This document shows, piece after piece, positions 9,947 through 19,181 of a DNA stretch of 64,000 nt. The stretch is from Actinomycetota bacterium. Its GTDB lineage: Bacteria; Actinomycetota; Aquicultoria; Aquicultorales; Aquicultoraceae. Position numbers and translations under genes: made by a program. The stretch spans positions 17,654 through 81,653 of the forward strand of contig JAGXSZ010000031.1 in NCBI GenBank assembly GCA_018333515.1, given 5' to 3'. Numbering within the stretch: the stretch's first letter is position 1; every line of letters begins with the position of its first letter. A model generated the notes under the pieces. The model did not search any database, had not been told where the DNA came from, and saw nothing but the letters and a program-made list of their open reading frames with translations.

Positions 9947-10924
9947 TTATTCAAAATCGGCGAAGACCGGGTTGCTCAAATACCGCTCACCGGTATCGGG
10001 CAGAAGAACTACGATCAGCTTGCCCCGGTACTCTCGACGCTGGGCTATCTGGACCGCGGCGCAGGCCGCGGCACCGCTTGAGATGCCCGCCAGTATGCCC
10101 TCCTCGCGGGCTAACCTGCGAGTATACTCAAACGCCTGGTCATTTGTGACCTGGACTATCTCATCTATTATCTCTTGATTGAGCACCGGCGGCACGAAGC
10201 CCGCCCCGATTCCTTGAATCTTATGCGGACCCGGCTGTCCACCAGAGAGCACTGGTGAATCGGTCGGCTCGACGGCGATGGCCTTAAAACCGGGTTTGCG
10301 CTCCTTTATTACTTCGGAGACGCCGGTAATAGTCCCGCCGGTCCCGACGCCTGCTACCAATATGTCGATTGCGCCATCGGTGTCGCGCCATATCTCCTCC
10401 GCCGTCGTCCGGCGATGGATATCGGGGTTGGCCAGGTTCTCGAATTGCTGCGGCATATAAAATTCCTGGTTTTCGCGGCCTATCTCTTCCGCTTTAGCAA
10501 TCGCCCCCTTCATGCCTTCCGCGCCGGAGGTGAGAATAAGCTCCGCGCCGTACGCCTTGAGCAGATTGCGCCGCTCGAGGCTCATCGTATCCGGCATGGT
10601 AAGAATGACCTTATATCCACGGGCCGCCGCGACAAAAGCGAGCGCAATTCCCGTGTTTCCGCTAGTAGGCTCGATTATGGTCGAGCCTTTCGCCCTTGCG
10701 CCGCCGCTTGCGAAGGTCACGATGGTCTGCCCGGGACGCAACTTTCCCTCGCGCTCGGCGAAGTCGATCATGTTGACACCGATTCGGTCTTTTACGCTGC
10801 CGGCCGGGTTGAACGACTCTATCTTCGCAACGACCACCGCGTCCGCCCCGTCGGTGACCCGGTTGAGCCTGACTAAAGGCGTTCGACCGACAGTCTCCGA
10901 AAGGTCGTTATAGATTTGCGCCAT
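9947..10924 (-). CDS. cysK: Cysteine synthase A (O-acetylserine sulfhydrylase)
   Basis: TPLVRLN, SVKDR (PLP lysine), EPTSGNTG and GTGGT motifs. I chose the start MAQIYNDL at 10924, because the ORF-track start 10978 would overlap the upstream Rrf2 gene. It contains an unusual 14-aa insertion (see findings). Confidence 0.9.
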   Translation of the reverse strand: MAQIYNDLSETVGRTPLVRLNRVTDGADAVVVAKIESFNPAGSVKDRIGVNMIDFAEREGKLRPGQTIVTFASGGARAKGSTIIEPTSGNTGIALAFVAAARGYKVILTMPDTMSLERRNLLKAYGAELILTSGAEGMKGAIAKAEEIGRENQEFYMPQQFENLANPDIHRRTTAEEIWRDTDGAIDILVAGVGTGGTITGVSEVIKERKPGFKAIAVEPTDSPVLSGGQPGPHKIQGIGAGFVPPVLNQEIIDEIVQVTNDQAFEYTRRLAREEGILAGISSGAAACAAVQIAQRREYRGKLIVVLLPDTGERYLSNPVFADFE

Positions 10925-10943
10925 GTGTCTCCCCCTTAATGTT

Positions 10944-11390
10944 TTAGATATAATACATCGGTTTGAGTGTTTGGTCATAGTGAACCTGGTCCATCGCCAG
11001 CTGCCTCAAGGTCGTCCCCTTGAGGACACGCTCGACCGCGCGTCCGACTTGGCACCAAAGGTCTTGTATCGCGCACTGCGCGTTTCTCGCGCACTCGGAC
11101 GCATAGCTCCCGGCACAGCTCACCTCGGCGGGCGACCCCTCCAGGGCTTCTATTACCTCAAAGACCGTGATACTCTCCGGGTCGCGCGCCAACAAAACCC
11201 CGCCCTGGGCGCCGCGCCGGCTTTTTACTAGTCCTGCTTTGCGCAAAACCGTTACTTGCTGTTCAAGAAAGCGCTCGGGAATACCCTGGCGCGCCGCTAT
11301 TTCGCGCACGCCGACGGGGCCTTGTCCGAAATAGTGTGTCATATCGACTAATGCCCTAAGCGCGTACTCGCTCTTGGCCGAAAATTTCAT
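10944..11390 (-). CDS. Rrf2-family transcriptional regulator (IscR/CymR-like) with three clustered Cys
   Basis: 148 aa with an N-terminal winged helix (SEYALRAL...[17 protein letters not shown]). The C-terminal part has C-x7-C-x5-C ([17 protein letters not shown]), which could ligate an Fe-S cluster. It is the first gene of the cysK-cysE-nifS-nifU-mnmA run. Confidence 0.85.
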   Translation of the reverse strand: MKFSAKSEYALRALVDMTHYFGQGPVGVREIAARQGIPERFLEQQVTVLRKAGLVKSRRGAQGGVLLARDPESITVFEVIEALEGSPAEVSCAGSYASECARNAQCAIQDLWCQVGRAVERVLKGTTLRQLAMDQVHYDQTLKPMYYI

Positions 11391-11585
11391 CTTACTCCCT
11401 GCTTTGCTTTCTTTATAATTCCGATAAATTTAGTGCGCCTTACTATAGAGCGACCGTACCACCGCGCTTTGACGATGTCAAGCTCTTCCAGGATAGCGAG
11501 GTCTATTATCCGTGGAATTGCCTATGGATAACGCTGCGAATTAGGAGTTTTAGGAGATTCGACATGCGACACGAGCCCGCACCGC

Positions 11586-12407
11586 TTACCTGTTGGGCGA
11601 GTCCTCTTCGAGGCCGATATTCATGTTGCCGCTCTTAAACGCCCGCAGGTCAAGGGCGACGAACCTGAAACCGATTTGGGCAAAGCGCTCGTGTATCTCA
11701 GTCGCACAGGCGAGCGCGTCGGCCATCTTTACTCTGCCAAGCTCTATCCGCGCCAGCTCGCCGTGGTGACGAACACGCAACTCACCCAAGTCTAGCGAGG
11801 CAAGAAACTGCTCCGCCTCTCCTATCTGACGGAGCTTCTCTTCGGTAATGGGCTGTCCGTATGGGATGCGCGTAGCGAGGCACGGTGAGCTTGGGGCGTC
11901 CCAATTGGCAAGGCCCAACTCCGCCGCGAGCCGGCGTATCTCGGCTTTGGTGAAGCCGACTTCTTTCAGCGGGCTTCGCACCCCCAGCTCCGCCGCGGCC
12001 CGCATACCGGGGCGCCAGTCATTGGCGTCATCCGCGTTGGCGCCGTCTACAACCAAGGCCAGCTTGCGCTCGGATTGAATCTCTAAGAACTCGGAAAACC
12101 GCGCTTTCTTGCAATGATAGCAGCGCTCGGGAGGGTTTGCGATGAAATCAGGATTAGACATCTCGCCGGCTTCGACGAAAAGGTGGTCGACTCCGATGGC
12201 GGCGGCTATGCTCGCCGCCCGCCCCCGCTCACCGGGCGGGAGCGTCGCGGAGACCCCGGTCACCGCCAGGACGTCGCCACCGAGAAGCCCATGCGCCACC
12301 CTCAAAAGGAGCGTGCTGTCGACACCCCCGGAAAACGCTACGAGAAGGCTGTCCATCTCGCGCAGCATATCTTCGAGATGCGCGTGTTTTTGGGTAAGCG
12401 TCTTCAT
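11586..12407 (-). CDS. larE: LarE-type ATP-dependent sulfur transferase (PP-loop ATPase)
   Basis: 273 aa with the PP-loop AFSGGVDST, CYHCK and SPCLATR. It lies immediately downstream of larB. Confidence 0.75.
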   Translation of the reverse strand: MKTLTQKHAHLEDMLREMDSLLVAFSGGVDSTLLLRVAHGLLGGDVLAVTGVSATLPPGERGRAASIAAAIGVDHLFVEAGEMSNPDFIANPPERCYHCKKARFSEFLEIQSERKLALVVDGANADDANDWRPGMRAAAELGVRSPLKEVGFTKAEIRRLAAELGLANWDAPSSPCLATRIPYGQPITEEKLRQIGEAEQFLASLDLGELRVRHHGELARIELGRVKMADALACATEIHERFAQIGFRFVALDLRAFKSGNMNIGLEEDSPNR

Positions 12408-12410
12408 GTC

Positions 12411-13178
12411 CTATCTTTCGTCTTCGCCGATTTGGTTTATGAGCGCGGCCATATACCCCGCGCCGAAGCCGTTGTCGATATTGACGACCGCGACACCGGT
12501 GGCGCATGAGTTGAGCATCGTCAGCAGCGGGGCGAGTCCGCCAAAGTGCGCCCCGTAACCGATGCTGGTGGGAACCGCTACGACCGGACAAGATACGAGG
12601 CCTCCGACGACGCTCGGCAACGCGCCGTCCATACCGGCGACGACCACAATAACCTTGGCGGAGACAATTGTCTGGTAAAAGGCCAAGAGGCGGTGGAGAC
12701 CCGCGACACCCACATCGAAGACGCGTTCGACGCGCGCGCCGAGCATCTCAGCGGTTATCGCGGCTTCTTCGGCAATGGGAAGATCCGCCGTACCGGCGCT
12801 CAGGATCGCCACGAAGCCGACGGGCGCCTCTTGGGGGCGGCGGTCGACCGCGATAACCCGGGCCGCCTCGTGATAGACGGCGTCGGAGCAGATGCCTCTG
12901 ACGGCATCGTATGCGCCGCGCCCGGCTCGGGTCGCCAAAAGCGCGCTTCCCCGCTCAAGGATAGTAGCGGCGATAGCCTCTACCTGTTCCGCGGTCTTTC
13001 CTTCGCAGTATATGACCTCCGGGAATCCCTTTCGCAGCGCGCGGTGGTTATCGACCTTAGCGAACCCCAGCTCCGTGAAGGGCAAATCCCTTAGTTTGGC
13101 GTAAGCCTCATCGACATCGATTTGGCCGCTCTTCATATCGTTCAACAACCGCTTTATATTATTGTCATGCATCGACAT
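12411..13178 (-). CDS. larB: LarB-type nicotinic acid adenine dinucleotide carboxylase/hydrolase (PurE-like)
   Basis: 255 aa. The N-terminal helical part (DNHRALRKGFPEVIYCEGKT) precedes a PurE-like domain (AILSAGTADLPIAEE...VVAGMDGALPSVV). Confidence 0.8.
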   Translation of the reverse strand: MSMHDNNIKRLLNDMKSGQIDVDEAYAKLRDLPFTELGFAKVDNHRALRKGFPEVIYCEGKTAEQVEAIAATILERGSALLATRAGRGAYDAVRGICSDAVYHEAARVIAVDRRPQEAPVGFVAILSAGTADLPIAEEAAITAEMLGARVERVFDVGVAGLHRLLAFYQTIVSAKVIVVVAGMDGALPSVVGGLVSCPVVAVPTSIGYGAHFGGLAPLLTMLNSCATGVAVVNIDNGFGAGYMAALINQIGEDER

Positions 13179-13342
13179 ACCTCACAATACGCAACCGGAT
13201 AGAAACGGGAACGGCCTCTTGGGAACAACGGACGCGGCAAAAACAAACGGGTGTGAGCGCGCCCAACATTTCGAGGGTTTAGTCCTCATAAGAATCCTCG
13301 AGATATAATTTTACGGTGAAGTAGCCGAAAATACCAGGTATT

Positions 13343-16300
13343 CTACTTAGCCGACTTTCTTCTGAGTATACTCAGGGCGATATCGTCGGTGAGGCGGCCG
13401 CGCGCGAAGAACGTGACCTCCTCTATCACGCGTCCGACCAACTCTTCGGCGGAGAGGTACGCGTGAACCTCTACTGCGCGCATCAGGCGCTCTACGCCGT
13501 AGAACTCCGAGCCGTGCCGCGCCTCGATTACCCCGTCGGTGTAGAAGACGAGGAAGTCGTCCTCGCTCAACCTCTCGACCGTCTCGGTATAGGCCAAGTC
13601 CGGTAAAATGCCGAACGCCGCGTTGAAATTTTCTATCTGGCGCGCCCGACGGAGCGTTCCCGAATAATGTATGGGATGAGGATGTCCGGCGTTGGAGATT
13701 AACAAGCGACCGCTGTTCCAATCGTAAACCGCGTAAACAAGGGTGATAAAAGTGCCGGTCTCGATGTCTCGCGATATGACCCGGTTAGCCATCTCGACGA
13801 CGCCTGAGGCATATTTGGCTTGGTAGGCGAACGAGCGCATCGTATATTTTGCGAGCGCGGTAGTAGAGGCGGCTTCGATACCTTTGCCGCTGACATCACC
13901 GATGACCAGTCCGATAAGACTGTCCGAGATGTCGATGAAATCGTAGAAATCTCCGCCGATTTTAGCGGCCTCGCTCGCCGACGCATAGTAGACCGCCAGT
14001 TCGGTGTTGGGTATTTGCGGCAAGCGCCCCGGCAAGAAACTGCGCTGCAGGACATCGGCTACGTATCTCTCGCGCTCATAGGCGTCCTTTATCTTCTCGT
14101 AGAGACGCGCGTTCGATATGGCCAGCGCCGCCTCTCTCGCTATCGCTTCAGCCAGCCTGATTTGCGATGGCGTAAAAGCCGGAGAGGCGCCCGGGTTATC
14201 GAGAAACAGGCCGCCGATTATTTCATCACGCTGAGCTATGGGCACACCGAGGAGCGACTTCATATCCAAGTCCGCGACGAAGTCCCGGAGTGGGCTCTCG
14301 GTTTGGAGGTCATCGATGACGACCGTTCGTATCTCCGCATACATCGAGGCGAGCATATCGCCCATCTCCGTTAGCGAGACGCGCGTCCCCACCGCGAAAT
14401 TTGGCCGACCGATACTCGCGACAAATTCGATGCCCCGGCGTTCGGGGTCGTAAAACTGGATACTGCCGCGCTTCAACCCTGTCAACTCGGTAGCGACTAG
14501 GCCGAGCCGCTGGAGGACATCATTGATATTGAGCGCGGAGGTGAGCGTATCGCTGGCTTCGATAAGCAGGCCCGCCTCCTTGGCCGATTGGCGGCTTTTT
14601 TCAAATAGACGAGCGTTTTCGATAGCGATTGCCGCCTGCAATGCGATGGATTCGGCAAACGCTATCTGGTCCTCGTCGAATTCATGCTCCCCGTCGGTAT
14701 GGCTTAATACGATAACCCCGCTCACCTTGTCTTTAACGGCCAGCGGCAGCACCAGTACCGAGCGCAGCCCAAACATCTGAACATAATTATAGGGAACCCG
14801 CGGGTCGATATTGGCGTCCTTGATCAACACATATTCTTTGGTCTTTATCGCCTCGGCGGCGAAGCGAAACTTGCTCGCGTCCTCGACGATGTCATGGATG
14901 CGCTCACCGACCGGACCATAGCCCATCTGCCCGTAGAACCTACCCTCATCAGGCTGGTAAAAGAAGATGCCTCCGGCCTCGATGCCGATAGCATTGCTTG
15001 TCTCATTGATGACCCGTTGGAGGACTTCGGAGAGTTCGAGGGTGGAGCTGATGATTCGGCTTATCTCGTTCGCGGCCTCGCTGCGCCTCGCCCGCTCCTC
15101 GGTCTCCGCGAAGAGCCGCGAGTTCTCGATGGCTATCGCCGCTTGACGTCCGACCGCTTCGACCATCGTCAAGTCGTTGCCGCTAAATTTGCGCGCCTCG
15201 CTAAGGTTGCCGACCAAGAGCGAACCTATCAGCCGTTCGTCTACGAGCAGCGGTACGACAATCAAAGACTTTACCCCGCAACCCGCAAACTCAACGGAAG
15301 ATGCCGCGTGCGGCGGGCATTCGTTTACCAGAGACGGCCGTTTCGTTTTGATGACATCCCCGGTCACCCCGACCCCGGAGTGTATGGCCGCCTGGGACAA
15401 GGTGCCCGGAAAACGATATGCGTGGCCGTATGTAAGGGTATCCGATTTTTCATCGTAAAACCCGACGGCACCGGCGTCGGCGTTGGACAACTGCACGGCG
15501 CGCCTGACGATAAGCGGGAGAAACTTGTCGACTTCAAGACCGGACGTTATCTCAAGCGCGGTCCTGGCGAGTATCTGTAGGTTGCGATTTTGGTCACGCA
15601 GGCGCGCCTCGGAATCCTTTACCCGCTCGAAGAGGCGCGCGTTCTCAACGGCCGCCGCGGCTTGGCGCCCCATACCGACCAAGAGGCCCAATCCTTCGCT
15701 GAGCAACCCCGACTCCGGCTCGACGGCGAAGACGCCGAGCACTCCAAGGACCGTCTCCTTCGATTCCAATATGACCAGGGCCGCTGATTTCACGCCGGCC
15801 TCCACGAACTCCTCCACCGCCAACTCATGGTTTGGATAGTCCTCTATGATGACCGGCTCTCTAGTCTCGATGACGCGGGTGAAAAGCCCGTCACCCCTTC
15901 TTATTATGGCTTTCTCGAGATTTCGCGGCATATTGTAGAGGTAAGGATAGCTTACCGTGCCGTCATGCTCATCGTAGAAACCTATCGCACCCGCGTTTCC
16001 GCCCATGCTTTCGACCGCATTTTCCACTACGCGCGTTAGAATCTCCCGAAAGTCCAGGCGTGAAGTAATCTCAAGGGCGACCTTGTTGAGTAGTTCGAGG
16101 TTGTCTTTTCCTTCGCGCAGCTCTTTCTCGATTCGCAGTCGCTCGGTGATGTCGCGGGCGATACTCAATATAAAAGCGCGGCGGTTTACTTTGATGACTT
16201 TCGCGTTGATCTCGACGGGAATCAACGTCCCGTCCTTTTTCTTAAAGTGAGTTTCGCTGAAATCGCGAACGTGGCCCTTTGCGATGAGTATATCGAGTAT

Positions 16301-16528
16301 TTTCCGCACCTGCGGGCGCTCGGAGTGCGGGCGCAGCCCAAACGCGTCCATTTGCAGGAGTTCGTCTCTCGAATAACCGGTAAGCTCGCTCGCGTAGCCG
16401 TTCGAGTCGACGATGGTCCCATCGAGCCCGAAGACGATTATGGCATCGAAAGCCTCCGCGAAGAGTTTCTTGAACCGCTTAAGCTCCCTCTCGAGTTCCC
16501 TAAAAGTCTCGCTATCCTTGCTCATCAT
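13343..16528 (-). CDS. PAS - 4x GAF - PP2C (SpoIIE/RsbU-type) serine phosphatase
   Basis: About 1060 aa. An N-terminal PAS (DAIIVFGLDGTIVDSN) is followed by four GAF units, each ending in the repeated signature A(A/I)A(I/V)(E/S)N(A/S)RL(F/Y)E. The C-terminal PP2C part has GGDFYDF, GDVSGKG and TDGV. I chose the start MMSKD (16528). The ORF track runs to a GTG at 16558. Confidence 0.85.
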   Translation of the reverse strand: MMSKDSETFRELERELKRFKKLFAEAFDAIIVFGLDGTIVDSNGYASELTGYSRDELLQMDAFGLRPHSERPQVRKILDILIAKGHVRDFSETHFKKKDGTLIPVEINAKVIKVNRRAFILSIARDITERLRIEKELREGKDNLELLNKVALEITSRLDFREILTRVVENAVESMGGNAGAIGFYDEHDGTVSYPYLYNMPRNLEKAIIRRGDGLFTRVIETREPVIIEDYPNHELAVEEFVEAGVKSAALVILESKETVLGVLGVFAVEPESGLLSEGLGLLVGMGRQAAAAVENARLFERVKDSEARLRDQNRNLQILARTALEITSGLEVDKFLPLIVRRAVQLSNADAGAVGFYDEKSDTLTYGHAYRFPGTLSQAAIHSGVGVTGDVIKTKRPSLVNECPPHAASSVEFAGCGVKSLIVVPLLVDERLIGSLLVGNLSEARKFSGNDLTMVEAVGRQAAIAIENSRLFAETEERARRSEAANEISRIISSTLELSEVLQRVINETSNAIGIEAGGIFFYQPDEGRFYGQMGYGPVGERIHDIVEDASKFRFAAEAIKTKEYVLIKDANIDPRVPYNYVQMFGLRSVLVLPLAVKDKVSGVIVLSHTDGEHEFDEDQIAFAESIALQAAIAIENARLFEKSRQSAKEAGLLIEASDTLTSALNINDVLQRLGLVATELTGLKRGSIQFYDPERRGIEFVASIGRPNFAVGTRVSLTEMGDMLASMYAEIRTVVIDDLQTESPLRDFVADLDMKSLLGVPIAQRDEIIGGLFLDNPGASPAFTPSQIRLAEAIAREAALAISNARLYEKIKDAYERERYVADVLQRSFLPGRLPQIPNTELAVYYASASEAAKIGGDFYDFIDISDSLIGLVIGDVSGKGIEAASTTALAKYTMRSFAYQAKYASGVVEMANRVISRDIETGTFITLVYAVYDWNSGRLLISNAGHPHPIHYSGTLRRARQIENFNAAFGILPDLAYTETVERLSEDDFLVFYTDGVIEARHGSEFYGVERLMRAVEVHAYLSAEELVGRVIEEVTFFARGRLTDDIALSILRRKSAK

Positions 16529-16732
16529 CCCCAACTTCTCACAGTACGGCGCGGACACCGCTCTTATCGTCGTCTAAATTCTATCGCTACTTAGTAGTTT
16601 CCATAAGAATGACCAGATAAAACTTGCCCGGTAACAGCTTGCATCAAGGATTTTGCGGGGCGTCTTTGGGGATTTATCGTTGATTATTGTGGGTAGATTT
16701 TTGTTGGGCTTATCGCCTACGGAAGCACAAAG

Positions 16733-16747
16733 CCGGCTAACCGCCGG
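16733..16747 (-). terminator. Possible terminator hairpin just 3' of tRNA-Leu
   Basis: On the minus strand, CCGGC-GGUUA-GCCGG is followed by CUUUGUGCUU. The U-tract is poor. Confidence 0.3.
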
Positions 16748-16759
16748 TTGTTCAAAGTA

Positions 16760-16846
16760 TGGTGCCCGAGGCCGGAGTCGAACCGGCACAACCTAAAGGT
16801 CGGCGGATTTTAAGTCCGCTGCGTCTGCCTATTCCGCCACTCGGGC
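16760..16846 (-). tRNA. tRNA-Leu (anticodon UAA), CCA encoded
   Basis: Minus-strand read: GCCCGAG...GCGGA-CUUAAAA-UCCGC...long variable arm...GCCGG-UUCGACU-CCGGC-CUCGGGC-A-CCA. It has a 7-bp acceptor stem, a 7-nt anticodon loop with UAA at positions 34-36, a canonical T-loop and a class II variable arm. Confidence 0.9.
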
Positions 16847-16964
16847 ATCTCTTCGATTATATAAATCTTACTCATAAAATCCTAGTTAAATATGGATTGT
16901 TTTTCGTTGCGCTAAAACATATCCAAAACATATCAATCCGGTTCTTCTCGGACCGACAAAGGGC

Positions 16965-17897
16965 TTACGAAGTCGACCCGTCGCCAAGCGCGCGAATCAG
17001 GCCATCCAGGATGTCGTGCTCGCTAACGACCATCTCGGCAAAATCAAGTCTCTCAAGCGTCTCGTCGAGGATGAGGGCTCCGGCGATTATGACGTCGGCG
17101 CGCTTGGGGTCCATGCCGGTCAGCGCTTTGCGGGCGTCGAGGTCGAGCGACGCTAGCTGTGCGACCAATGCTTGCAGCTGACCGCGCGTGATTCTCGAGC
17201 CGTGGATTCGCGCCGAGTCGTAGGGCTCAACGCTATATAGAACAGCGGCTAACTGGGTGGCGGTTCCGGCTACGGCCACCAGAGCGTTTGGCTTTGCCGC
17301 GACTATGCGCTCGAAGAGATCGCGCGTCCGTTCCCCTATCATCGCGCGCGCCGCCGCGAACTCGGTATCGGTCGGTGGGTCGGATTTGAAAAAGAGTTCC
17401 GTAAGGCGGACCGCGCCGATATCGATGCTGACCGCATCGAGAACACCGCCGCCGGCCCCCCGGATATACTCGGTGCTCCCGCCGCCTACATCGACGACGA
17501 GGGTCATGCCGCCGGGCGCGACGGCCGACTCCGACGCGGCGCCCGCGAAGGTGAGCCTCCCCTCTTCTTCTCCTGAGATGACCTCGATTTGGAGCCCGAG
17601 CCGGCGCTCGACCATGGCGATAAAATCGTCCGCGTTGCGGGCGTCGCGCATCGCGCTCGTCGACACCGCGCGCACCTTGCGCACGCCGTGTTTGAGCATT
17701 AAATCCCGGTAGCCCTCGAGTATGGCAACCGTGCGCTCCATCGCCCGCGGGTTTATCTCCCGGCTCTGCTCGACCCCTTCGCCGAGTCGCGCTATCTCGA
17801 CTTCGCGCACGACATCGAGCCATTTGCCGTCGGCGCCCTCCTCGGCGATTAGAAGCCGCACCGTATTGGTACCGATATCGATGACCGCCGCTTTCAT
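16965..17897 (-). CDS. ppx: Ppx/GppA-family phosphatase (exopolyphosphatase)
   Basis: 310 aa with AVIDIGTNTVRLLI and DVGGGSTE, the actin-like ATPase motifs of Ppx/GppA. It overlaps the upstream DUF501 gene by 4 nt. Confidence 0.85.
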   Translation of the reverse strand: MKAAVIDIGTNTVRLLIAEEGADGKWLDVVREVEIARLGEGVEQSREINPRAMERTVAILEGYRDLMLKHGVRKVRAVSTSAMRDARNADDFIAMVERRLGLQIEVISGEEEGRLTFAGAASESAVAPGGMTLVVDVGGGSTEYIRGAGGGVLDAVSIDIGAVRLTELFFKSDPPTDTEFAAARAMIGERTRDLFERIVAAKPNALVAVAGTATQLAAVLYSVEPYDSARIHGSRITRGQLQALVAQLASLDLDARKALTGMDPKRADVIIAGALILDETLERLDFAEMVVSEHDILDGLIRALGDGSTS

Positions 17898-18421
17898 TTG
17901 CCGTCACAGCGCGCGTCGCACGCCCCGGCTCCGAGATTCTCCGCCACCAGCTTGCCGACGGGATTAGACCCGGACACGAGATAGTGCGCGAAGTGCGCGT
18001 GAAGGCACTTGATGGCGTCGAGGTCTCGCACGCCGCCGATGCCCTTGTCGTATACGGGATGGGCCGTATCGCGTACGCCGCACTTGCGGGCCTCTCCGTA
18101 CTCCCGTTGGGCCTGGTTGAGATGGGCCCGTAACTCCGTATCGCGGGAGAGCCTGTCGATAAACCCGGCCGCCCAGCCGCTAGCTTCAAGTCGCGCTACG
18201 GCCTTGACTTTCATCGGACAAGTAAGCCAATAAAGGGTTGGAAAGGGCGTTCCATCGCTCAAAAACGGTTCCGTTTCGACAACTTCGGGACAACCGAAAT
18301 CACAGCGAGCAGCCACGCGCCTTAGTCGGCGAGGCTTGCGCTTGATTTGCGTCTCGATGATTACTCTATCATCCTCGGCTATCTTCTCTTTCACATCCTC
18401 CATTAAACAACAAAAAAACAT
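17894..18421 (-). CDS. DUF501-family protein
   Basis: 175 aa with RCDFGCPEVVETEP...PFPTLYWLTCP, characteristic of the DUF501 proteins found between ftsB and ppx in Actinobacteria. The exact start is uncertain (alternative ATG at 18403). Confidence 0.7.
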   Translation of the reverse strand: MFFCCLMEDVKEKIAEDDRVIIETQIKRKPRRLRRVAARCDFGCPEVVETEPFLSDGTPFPTLYWLTCPMKVKAVARLEASGWAAGFIDRLSRDTELRAHLNQAQREYGEARKCGVRDTAHPVYDKGIGGVRDLDAIKCLHAHFAHYLVSGSNPVGKLVAENLGAGACDARCDGK

Positions 18422-18495
18422 CCGTGAGGATACTTTTCTCTATGTCTAAGCGGGTATTATCGTCGAAATCCCCGCTTGTTGGATATTTAGTTTTC

Positions 18496-18981
18496 CTAAA
18501 AAACACCCGTAAGCCAATCGGTTAAACGCTTCCAAAGCGAAGAGAACCCTTCGTTTTGCCCGTTCTTTGCGGCGTCATCCGGATTCGGCTTGAGCGACTC
18601 TTTCGGCTTTTCGGGAACGACTATGATAATCTCCTCGTCGGCTCTTGATAGCCCGAGCGACCTGGCTTGCTGCTCGACATAATCGTCCGAGTCCAACTCT
18701 TTGAGTTCTCCCTTGAGCCGGATATTTTCGGCCTTGATCCGCGCTAACTGGGTATCGAGACGCGCCAGCTCACGGCTGTGCTCCATGCGGTATGTTACCG
18801 GATAGACGGCCCAAGCTATGAGCGCAATCGATATTCCGAGTAAGATGATGCGCCCGACATTGGGCCGAGCCCGCCGCTTCGGGCGTATAGCCGTGACTTT
18901 GCCCGGTTTGCGCCGCGCCTTCGCCGGCGTGACTTTAGCGCCCGACGCGGTTTTGAGCTGCGCCGGTTTAAGGGACTTCAT
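18496..18981 (-). CDS. FtsB/DivIC-type septum formation initiator
   Basis: A basic N-terminus, one TM segment (IILLGISIALIAWAVYPV) and a short leucine-zipper-like coil (LDTQLARIKAENIRLKGELKEL). I chose the start MKSLK (18981). The ORF track runs to 19089. Confidence 0.7.
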   Translation of the reverse strand: MKSLKPAQLKTASGAKVTPAKARRKPGKVTAIRPKRRARPNVGRIILLGISIALIAWAVYPVTYRMEHSRELARLDTQLARIKAENIRLKGELKELDSDDYVEQQARSLGLSRADEEIIIVVPEKPKESLKPNPDDAAKNGQNEGFSSLWKRLTDWLTGVF

Positions 18982-19181
18982 AGTCGTCCGCTGTTTATTC
19001 TTGCCCCTTTGCTCTGTTCTCACAGCTATCTCTCTTGCCGTATCGATTGCTACGAATATTGGTAGAGCGCCCCAGCGCCCGCCGGCCAACCTTCTTAACT
19101 ATAATATTACAATCGCTCGCGGTAAAAAGAAAGCCCGCCTTGGCCGCTGCGCGTCGAGCGTCAACCGCCATACCGAACGGC

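Noticed and set aside
10925-10978. Upstream extension of cysK (track start 10978). Similar extensions apply to eno (21943-21999), ftsB (18982-19089), the ROK kinase (46447-46596) and abrB (39283-39324).
   Set aside because: The extensions overlap the preceding gene or lack an RBS. Internal starts give canonical N-termini and have Shine-Dalgarno sequences.
17233-18189. 318-aa ORF in the track, extremely Arg/Gly/Pro-rich, overlapping the ppx and DUF501 genes out of frame on the same (minus) strand
   Set aside because: It overlaps two genes with clear family motifs. Its composition is what a GC-rich shadow frame produces, and I recognise no motif.
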